From: an uncultured bacterium | GTDB lineage: Bacteria > Verrucomicrobiota > Verrucomicrobiia > Verrucomicrobiales > DEV007 | Direction of reading: 5' to 3' | DNA length: 33,907 nt | Assembly: GCA_963977015.1 (NCBI GenBank) | Contig: CAXBMO010000039.1 | Coordinates: forward strand, 1-33,907 | The notes under the pieces: model-generated | Told to the model about the DNA's origin: nothing | What the model saw: only the letters and a program-made list of their open reading frames with translations | The model's database searches: none | Shown: piece by piece, positions 1 through 7,006 of the stretch | How positions within the stretch are numbered: position 1 is the stretch's first letter | Layout of the letters: the number at the start of each line of letters is the position of its first letter | Program-made: the position numbers and the translations under genes

Positions 1-83
1 AGCCCGGAGGAGAGCCCGGAGGAGAGCCCGGAGGAGAGCCCGGAGGAGAGCCCGGAGGAGAGCCCGGGGCGAACCCGGAGGCG
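1..83. repeat. 12-bp tandem repeat (AGCCCGGAGGAG)x5 plus two degenerate copies; truncated by the window edge
   Basis: Perfect units at 1, 13, 25, 37 and 49, then AGCCCGGGGCG (61-71, 11 bp) and AACCCGGAGGCG (72-83). Confidence 0.95.
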
Positions 84-114
84 AGCCAAGGTGGTTAACC
101 TTGCGCCATTCTCC

Positions 115-3100
115 CTAACCCTCAGGCGGGGAATCCTTCAGGGTGGCAATGTAGGCCACGAGGTCAGCCATGGTTTCCTCCGGCAACTGACCAAACGCCG
201 ACGGCATGAAGGAACGTCCGCCGACAAATCCCTCATTCTTGATCTCGGTCTGCGGGACGAAGATGCGGGCGCCGCCCATCATGGCAACCGTCGTGCCGAG
301 CGCTTCCTGCTTGTCGAGGTAGCCTTCCAGGGTTGAGCCGTCGGTTTTGGTGATCCGATAGAGTCCGTAGCCGCCTTCAACCGCTGCGTCCGGATCGACA
401 ATCGCGGTGAGGAGATGCTCCAGATCCCGATGACCGGAACCGTCAAGCGGCGGTGCGATGTCCATCCCTTGGGCCCCCACCTGGTGACAGGCGAGACAGG
501 TGACGAAGGTCATTTTTCCCGTTGCCGGATCGCCTGGATTCTCGGCGATATAGGACATGAGATGGTGAATCCGGGCCTGAGCCTGCTTCCGTTGCTCGCC
601 AACCCGTTTGCGGGCGAATGCGAGGACGTCTTTGGCTTGCGGACTGTCCGGGTGCGATTGAATCAATCGCTCGGCTGCAGACAGATCGAAGGCATCGGGC
701 TGAATCGTCTCTTCCTTGACCATCGCGCACAGGATCAGTCCGCCTTCCTTCGATTGGGAGAAGAGACTCGTCAGCAGGCTCTTCTGGTTCGACTCGCCAG
801 CTGTCAGGAGATCCTTGGTGAGTCCATGGGCGGTTTGCGGTTCGACGGGAACAAGCGCATGGGCGGCCTCGGCCCGAACATCGAAAGGCAAGGCTTCGTC
901 TTTCGCGATCGCGACGAAGTTGGCGGCATTCAGGTTGGGATTGACCGACTGCGCGGCGAGCAGCGATCGCAACAGGTCCACGTCATCCATCGGGAGGGCA
1001 ATTTTCGCGACGATCGGACCAAGCGTTGCCATCCGGAATTTGTTGACCGCGTTCAAGCCCAACGCCGCCGTTTCCGGCTTCTCCAGGAGTTGTTCAACCA
1101 GCGGGCTGAGCATTTCCGTCAGCTTTGGGGACTGAACCCGGGATTGATTCGCAAGCGCGTGACCGACGAGATTTTCCGCCTTGGCCGGGTCCTGAAAAAT
1201 CGGCTGCACCGCCTGGAAGACCTCCGCGTTGTTCAGCATCCCGGCGATCGCGATGAAGGTTTCGCCGTCCAGCGGCTCCTCACGAACCTTGCTCCAAATC
1301 CCGAGGAAGGCGTTCTGCTTTGCCTCATTTTCGAGCGCCTGGATCGCCCAGAGGAGATTGCCGGCCGGATGATTTTCGCCTGCGGCATCGAGGTAGGCGG
1401 CCAACTCGGCCGGGAAGCGTTCCAGCGCCATGCGGGCGAGAAACCGCTCCAGGTTCCGTTCGTAACCACCGCCGAGCACGTTCTTGCCGAGGCTCGGTTT
1501 GCAGGCGGCGATCAGTCCCGCGAAGACCGCCGGATCAGGCGAGCGAAGATCCCCCAGCGTGCGGATGGCCTGCGAGCGCACCATGCAGTGTGGGTCGTCG
1601 ACGAACGGGGTGAGCCGGGCCGCGGCTTCTGCGGGCTTGAGGTCAAAGGAACTGAGCGAACGAACGGCTTCGCGGCGGAGGTCGTGATCCTCTGAAGCAA
1701 GGAGGGCATCGAGCAACTGCGCGTCGAAGTAGCCCAACTCCTCCAGCGTCCACAGCGCATGAATCCGCGTCGTGATGTCCTGACCGGAATCGGCAGCGAG
1801 CTTGACCAGGGCCGGAGCCAGATCAACCAGCTTGCGGTCCGCAATCTGATACCAGGCCGCGCGTTTTTCCCAGAGACTTGGCGCCTGAAGATGCGTGAGC
1901 AATTGCGCCGGCGCGGCCTTGGCCACATCCGGAATTTCCCGCGATTCCTGGCTCTCGTGGCGGATGCGCCAGATTCGTCCATGGGCCTTGTCGCGGTCCG
2001 GGTGATCGGTGGTGACTTCGTTGTGTGAGACGATTTTGTTGTAGAAATCGGCGACATAGAGGCAGCCATCGGGCCCGAACTCCAGATTCACCGGGCGAAA
2101 CCAATCGTCCTTGGAGCTGAGGAAGTCCGGCAGGTGCTCGGCGTCGACCGTGCCGTCGGGATTGCGATGCACCCGCACCGCGTTGATCGTCGAGGTAATG
2201 GGATTGGCGAGCAGGGCGACGTCTTTCCATTCCTCGTGCGGAAAGCCACCCGCGGTATCCTCGGAAAAGGCCAACCCGGAGATCCCGGTGCCTCCGACGC
2301 GGAACTCGTGCAGTTCCGGGAGAAGCGGCTGATAGGGGCGCATCGGGCGAAACGCGGCGCCGGTCACCGCCGTGCCGTGTTCCCACGGAATGACGCAGTA
2401 GGCGCGGTCGTTCGCCTCGGTGCCATACCACTGCCCATTGGCGCGCAGCTGGAGGCCCCACATGTTGCTCGGCCCGGCGGAGAGGACCTCGAACTCCTGG
2501 TGATCCAGCCCGAACCGAACCTGGCAGGCGGCATCGATGCGATCCTGAAACCCTGACGCGACCGCCGTGACCATTCCCTGGTTCAGGGCGCCCTGGGAGA
2601 AGTGAACGTAGCTTCCCGGGCCGCGAACGAGAAGGTGAGACATGGTGTGCGTATCCGTATAGCCAAACCCACTGAGGACGGGCTCCATCGTATCCGATTG
2701 GTTATCCCCATCGGTATCGCGAAGGAGAAACAGCTCGGAACCGTGGCAGACGTAGGCGCCGTCTTTGTAAGGGAGAATGCTCTGCGGAATCGCCAGTCCG
2801 TCCGCCCAAACGTGAAGCGATTCCGTGGCCGGTTTGGTCGGATCTTCGAGAATGAGGATCTTGTCTTCGCCTTTGGTTTTGAGCTGGTAGAGATCCTTGA
2901 TTCGTTTGAACGCGGGGTGGGTGTTCTGCGTTTTCTCGTCCTTCATCAAGTCGAGAAACTGCTGCCACTTCATTCCACTGATTGGATCGAGAGGATACAT
3001 CTGCCCGGTCTGGGTCCAGAGCCGGCCGGAATCGTCGAAGGCCAGGTCGATCGGATTGATCACGCCGTGTTCCTCGGACGCGACGAGCTCGATCACGAAG

Positions 3101-4524
3101 CCCTCGGGAACGGTGAACCCCGCAAGCTCCTCGGCCGCCGACCATGCCGTGCTCCTGGAAGACTGCGTTTTCTTGCGGGGTCTTTTCGCCGCAGCCTGCC
3201 GCTTCTTCAGCTCAGCCAACTCTTTTGCGGAAGGCTTCTGCGGCTTGGCCAGGGCCTGGCGCTTCTTCGTTTCTTCCGGCAACAACTTCCCGGTGGCAGA
3301 AAAGGCATCCAGAACGACATGCCCCCATCCCCCGGTATTCTGATCGACCAGGCGGACGAAAACCGGTTTCCCGACCAGCTCCGGCACCTCCCAGGTTTTC
3401 GCCTGAAACACTTCCGAATTGCTCCCCGAAGCTTTGCGGACTTCTTCGCCATCGAGCGTGTAGAGACCGACATAGGTGTTCGCATGACGGCCGCCCGAAA
3501 CGGCGAACTGAATCGTGGCAGCCGACAGCTCAAACACCGGAGACTCGACAATTCCGACCTGTTTATCCGAGGCGACTCCACCCGGGGCGCCTTCGAGGGT
3601 TCCCAGAAAAAACCGCCCCTCCTTGTTTGAGGGCAACCCGCCGGCCCGGATGGTTTTGTTATCGGCGAGGAGATGCCCAAACCATCCTTCCGCGATGTAC
3701 CAGCCCTGGAGGTCACCTGTTTCGAAATCGAAGTTGACGCGATCCTCTCCCTTGGGCGGAGCTGGAATCTTTTTCGCTGCGGCTCCCTTACCCTTTGGCT
3801 TTGCCTTGGGTGGGCGCGGCGTTTTCACCTTGGCCAGCGCAGCAACCGGGCCGCCGAGCGATTCCCAGGTCGGCGCGTCAGGCGTTGGGGGAAGTTCCCG
3901 CACCGTGATGTCTTTGAACTGAACGACGACATGGCCACCCGAGTGAATCTGCGGCGCGATCACCCCATTCAACGGAATGTCCGGATTCGTCTCCGTGTAG
4001 TCGCTGGCCTTGATCCCGTTGATCCACACCTGGATTCGGGGCCCTTCCGCGAGAATGCGGTATTCGTTCCAACCGTGGGTATCGATCCCCTCCTTGAGGG
4101 CGGCTTCGTCGAGTGCTTCGGGGTAGATGAGTTTTCTCCGATGCTCGTCATAGATTTTGCCAAACCATCCCTCGCCGCAATCCACCTGGTAACCCGCGAC
4201 GCGGCCATTGGGCAACCGGGCGCTTCGGATCTGGATCCCGCTGTTGATCAGGCCGGTCCCGGGGTCGCCCGAGCATTTGATCTTCAGGTTGAGTTCGAAA
4301 TTGGCGTAGCTCTTCCCGGTGCAAATGAATTCATTGCGGGGGAACTTTTTCTCATGGGAACCCGCGGTTACGGCGCCATCCTCAACTCGCCAGACGCCTT
4401 CATTGAAATCCCAACCGTCGAGCGTTTTGCCGTCGAAGAGGGATACCGGTTCGGGTTGTTGCGCCAACGCCGACAGGGAAAGCGCCAGGCACAAGGCGAG
4501 AGCGAGAAGGTTTTTGGGGTTCAT
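115..4524 (-). CDS. Exported multidomain PVC-type heme-binding protein: DUF1080 (3-keto-disaccharide hydrolase family), CBM-like beta-sandwich, putative dehydrogenase beta-propeller, HEAT repeats and C-terminal cytochrome c
   Basis: The ORF track gives 115..4674, but ATG 4524 starts a clear signal peptide (MNPKNLLALALCLALSLSALAQ). DUF1080 motifs: SLFDGKTLDGW, NSGIQIRS, GYQVD, WNEYRI, QIH, FKDI. Propeller motifs: FTVPEGFVIELVASE, FRPVNLEFGPDGCLYVADFY, HGRIWRI. CLACH at 484-498, with distal SFMP. Confidence 0.85.
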   Translation of the reverse strand: MNPKNLLALALCLALSLSALAQQPEPVSLFDGKTLDGWDFNEGVWRVEDGAVTAGSHEKKFPRNEFICTGKSYANFELNLKIKCSGDPGTGLINSGIQIRSARLPNGRVAGYQVDCGEGWFGKIYDEHRRKLIYPEALDEAALKEGIDTHGWNEYRILAEGPRIQVWINGIKASDYTETNPDIPLNGVIAPQIHSGGHVVVQFKDITVRELPPTPDAPTWESLGGPVAALAKVKTPRPPKAKPKGKGAAAKKIPAPPKGEDRVNFDFETGDLQGWYIAEGWFGHLLADNKTIRAGGLPSNKEGRFFLGTLEGAPGGVASDKQVGIVESPVFELSAATIQFAVSGGRHANTYVGLYTLDGEEVRKASGSNSEVFQAKTWEVPELVGKPVFVRLVDQNTGGWGHVVLDAFSATGKLLPEETKKRQALAKPQKPSAKELAELKKRQAAAKRPRKKTQSSRSTAWSAAEELAGFTVPEGFVIELVASEEHGVINPIDLAFDDSGRLWTQTGQMYPLDPISGMKWQQFLDLMKDEKTQNTHPAFKRIKDLYQLKTKGEDKILILEDPTKPATESLHVWADGLAIPQSILPYKDGAYVCHGSELFLLRDTDGDNQSDTMEPVLSGFGYTDTHTMSHLLVRGPGSYVHFSQGALNQGMVTAVASGFQDRIDAACQVRFGLDHQEFEVLSAGPSNMWGLQLRANGQWYGTEANDRAYCVIPWEHGTAVTGAAFRPMRPYQPLLPELHEFRVGGTGISGLAFSEDTAGGFPHEEWKDVALLANPITSTINAVRVHRNPDGTVDAEHLPDFLSSKDDWFRPVNLEFGPDGCLYVADFYNKIVSHNEVTTDHPDRDKAHGRIWRIRHESQESREIPDVAKAAPAQLLTHLQAPSLWEKRAAWYQIADRKLVDLAPALVKLAADSGQDITTRIHALWTLEELGYFDAQLLDALLASEDHDLRREAVRSLSSFDLKPAEAAARLTPFVDDPHCMVRSQAIRTLGDLRSPDPAVFAGLIAACKPSLGKNVLGGGYERNLERFLARMALERFPAELAAYLDAAGENHPAGNLLWAIQALENEAKQNAFLGIWSKVREEPLDGETFIAIAGMLNNAEVFQAVQPIFQDPAKAENLVGHALANQSRVQSPKLTEMLSPLVEQLLEKPETAALGLNAVNKFRMATLGPIVAKIALPMDDVDLLRSLLAAQSVNPNLNAANFVAIAKDEALPFDVRAEAAHALVPVEPQTAHGLTKDLLTAGESNQKSLLTSLFSQSKEGGLILCAMVKEETIQPDAFDLSAAERLIQSHPDSPQAKDVLAFARKRVGEQRKQAQARIHHLMSYIAENPGDPATGKMTFVTCLACHQVGAQGMDIAPPLDGSGHRDLEHLLTAIVDPDAAVEGGYGLYRITKTDGSTLEGYLDKQEALGTTVAMMGGARIFVPQTEIKNEGFVGGRSFMPSAFGQLPEETMADLVAYIATLKDSPPEG

Positions 4525-4685
4525 GAAATCAGGGAATGACTCAGGTTGGAAGTTTGGGGGATTCTTATTTCGCCCACTCCTCCATCCATCACCATGATCC
4601 AAATCCACATAAACATTCCCTGCGCCACCCTCTCCCGCATTGGGAAGCGGCTCTCTGGCGGATTTGGCCGCCATCCGGGGAATCT

Positions 4686-5840
4686 TCAGCCTTCACTGAC
4701 AAAGTCGCGCGCGCGGCAATGATGGATTCGCTGAAAGGCCATGTTCAACTGTCGCGTTCCGCTGAACCCGCATTCCGCAGCCAGGACGCCCAAGGCAATG
4801 GAGGGAGAGTCCTCCAGGCGTTTTTGGGCTTCCCGAACGCGGACCCGCTCCAGGAACGCTGCCGGAGAAACGCTCAGCTCTTCGCGAAAAACCGCCTCCA
4901 GCCAGCGACGCGATTTCCCCGCCAAACCCGCGAGGTGTTCCACGGTGAGCGATTGATGATAGTGGGTTTGGATCGATTCGACGACCAACAACAAATCCGG
5001 GTGATCAACGGCCAGGGTCTGAGTCGAATCCCGTTCGTGGATTTCGCCCGGCTCCACGACCCGCTCACTGGCAACGTCTTTCTTGTCGATCAAGCGATGG
5101 AGCGTCTCCGCAATATTCCACCCGACCACTTTTCCATTGCGCTCGAGACTGGTGAGAGTCGGCCGGCTGGTCTCGCAGGTCACGGTGTCATCGTTCACGC
5201 CCATGACGGCGACATCCTGGGGGACGCGAAGCCCGATCCGCTCACACGCCCGGATCACCATCGTTGCCCGGGGATCGTGGGCGGCAAGAACGGCGAAAGG
5301 CGGCACGAGACTTCTCAGCCATCGCTCGAGCTCGTCCTGCCCGTGGTTCCAGCGATGGATTCCGCTGAGCGAACTGGGACTGCGCAAAATCGCGGGCTCA
5401 AATCCCAACTCGCGAATGCGCTGCTGAAATCCGGATTCAATCTGTTGGGAGTACCAAACATCGGCGACGCCATAAAATCCGAACCGCCGAAACCCGCGCG
5501 TCCTCAGGAAGCTGGCCGATTTGCGCCCGATTTCCTGATAGTCATTGCGAACTCTCGGGAAACGCGTCGATTCCAGCGCGCCCGAAATGTTGACGACGGG
5601 ACAGTTCAACCGCTCCAGAACCTCCTCGTCTGCCGAGGTGTTGCAAAGGGCGATGACCCCCTGCCCTTTCCACCCTTCCAGAGAAGCCGGGGGAAGGTCG
5701 TGCGTCTCCGGACTAATGAGAAATCGCCAGTCGGTATGATGATGGGCATATTCACGAATGCCCTGCGCGACACGCTCAAGATGAGGAACCCCGACACGGA
5801 TGGCCAAGGCGATCTCCTGAAATGAATGGGAAACTGGCAT
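4686..5840 (-). CDS. XylR-type transcriptional regulator (periplasmic-binding-protein-like sensor plus AraC double HTH)
   Basis: 384 aa. The N-terminal domain has RVPQDVAVMGVNDD and PTLTSL. The C-terminal AraC HTHs read LAGLAGKSRRWLEAVFREE and LAAECGFSG...FQR. Confidence 0.88.
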   Translation of the reverse strand: MPVSHSFQEIALAIRVGVPHLERVAQGIREYAHHHTDWRFLISPETHDLPPASLEGWKGQGVIALCNTSADEEVLERLNCPVVNISGALESTRFPRVRNDYQEIGRKSASFLRTRGFRRFGFYGVADVWYSQQIESGFQQRIRELGFEPAILRSPSSLSGIHRWNHGQDELERWLRSLVPPFAVLAAHDPRATMVIRACERIGLRVPQDVAVMGVNDDTVTCETSRPTLTSLERNGKVVGWNIAETLHRLIDKKDVASERVVEPGEIHERDSTQTLAVDHPDLLLVVESIQTHYHQSLTVEHLAGLAGKSRRWLEAVFREELSVSPAAFLERVRVREAQKRLEDSPSIALGVLAAECGFSGTRQLNMAFQRIHHCRARDFVSEG

Positions 5841-5911
5841 TTCTGCGCAAAATGGCAGAATACTGCAAAATTCTTCAATTGCCCGCAGTCTTCTTTCGAA
5901 TTTTGTGAGGC
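5841..5911. promoter_or_regulatory. Divergent promoter region with candidate regulator-binding repeats
   Basis: 71-bp AT-richer gap between divergent starts. GCA(A/G)AAT occurs at 5847, 5855 and 5865. Inverted repeat TTCTGC (5841-5846) / GCAGAA (5855-5860). Confidence 0.45.
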
Positions 5912-7000
5912 ATGTCGAATCTCAAGAGTCTGGCTTTTTGTGCGGCCCTCCTATTCGTGGCCGGTTCCGGCCTGGTGGCTGAAGATCAGGGAAAGGCAGG
6001 AACGGGCTACATCACCTACAGCAATCTTCCGACTGGAACTCCGGAACAGCCGCTGGTGTTCCGCACCTATCTGCCCAACCCGGGATTGGATTCACAGGTG
6101 ACCGCTCGACACGGCCAGGGCGCCCCATCGCCCAAGTATTCCGCCTCCAGTGGCCTCCTGAGTTCCCGATCCAACTACCAGCCGATTCAGGGAATTCCGG
6201 CCGGATTTGCCGTCAATCTCGGAACTCAGCTTTCCTACGTTTGGGACACGACCGAATGCCGGCTCCTCTATGCCTGGGCCAATGGCTTTCTCGACATGGA
6301 ACCGTATTGGGGCCCCCCCGAACGCGGAAACCGCAAAGGCAACGACTACGTTCCGCGGCTTATCGGACAACTCTTCTACAAGGCCAAAGGTCAACACCCG
6401 CTTCGAATCAATGACGAGCCGCTGCCCGATGAGATTCAGTATCGCGGGCAACGCCGGGCCGGCGGACATCCCGAGTTTCAGTTTGAAGCTTCCGGGAGCC
6501 TCATCACGGTCGCGATTCGGCCGGGCGAAGCGCCTCAGACGCTTGAATTGGAATATGGTTCCTCCGATTCCGGTGATCAGCTTGACTACCTCGCCCCCGG
6601 AAGCGCGTTTGAGATTCTCAGCAAGGGCCCGGGAAAGCTGCACATCCTCATCCGGCCGAACGCCTCCGAGGTTCATACCGGGTTCAAGAAGGAAGTCATT
6701 GAGATCACCGAGGCATCTCCCGCCATCGGCGCCAAACTCTACCAGAATTTTGGGTGCATGGCCTGTCACACCATTGATGGCAGCCGAAATCATGGTCCGA
6801 CCTTTCAAGGATTGGCCGGTTCCGAGCGGGATTTCCCGGAACTCGGTCACCTCGTCGCCGATGAAGCCTATCTTCGCGAATCCATCCTTCAGCCGAATGC
6901 CAAATCCATTCCGGGTTTTCCGGTCGGAATGATGCCCGCCTATCCCCTCAGCGACAAGCAGGTCGATTCGCTGATTCTTTATATCCAATCCCTTCGATAA
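5912..7000 (+). CDS. Exported protein with an uncharacterised N-terminal domain and C-terminal monoheme cytochrome c
   Basis: 362 aa with a signal peptide. N-domain has LVFRTY, SYVWDTTECRLLYAW and GFLD. CMACH at 6755-6769, followed by GPTFQGL...ADEAYLRESILQPNAK...MMP. Confidence 0.85.
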   Translation: MSNLKSLAFCAALLFVAGSGLVAEDQGKAGTGYITYSNLPTGTPEQPLVFRTYLPNPGLDSQVTARHGQGAPSPKYSASSGLLSSRSNYQPIQGIPAGFAVNLGTQLSYVWDTTECRLLYAWANGFLDMEPYWGPPERGNRKGNDYVPRLIGQLFYKAKGQHPLRINDEPLPDEIQYRGQRRAGGHPEFQFEASGSLITVAIRPGEAPQTLELEYGSSDSGDQLDYLAPGSAFEILSKGPGKLHILIRPNASEVHTGFKKEVIEITEASPAIGAKLYQNFGCMACHTIDGSRNHGPTFQGLAGSERDFPELGHLVADEAYLRESILQPNAKSIPGFPVGMMPAYPLSDKQVDSLILYIQSLR

Positions 7001-7006
7001 CCCCTG

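Noticed and set aside
1-83. Repeat at the window start as a CRISPR array
   Set aside because: The units are 12 bp and directly abutting, with no spacers, and no cas genes are present.
4656-4673. Hairpin TGGCGG-N6-CCGCCA after the regulator stop as an intrinsic terminator
   Set aside because: The stem is 6 bp with no U-tract on the minus strand, which is insufficient evidence.
4525-4674. N-terminal 50-aa extension of the 1519-aa ORF
   Set aside because: It precedes an obvious signal peptide beginning at ATG 4524, so it is probably intergenic.
415-5825. Long plus-strand ORFs (415-1695, 2602-3630, 3673-4539, 4536-5825)
   Set aside because: They lie antisense to well-supported genes and show no family motifs, as expected for GC-rich shadow ORFs.
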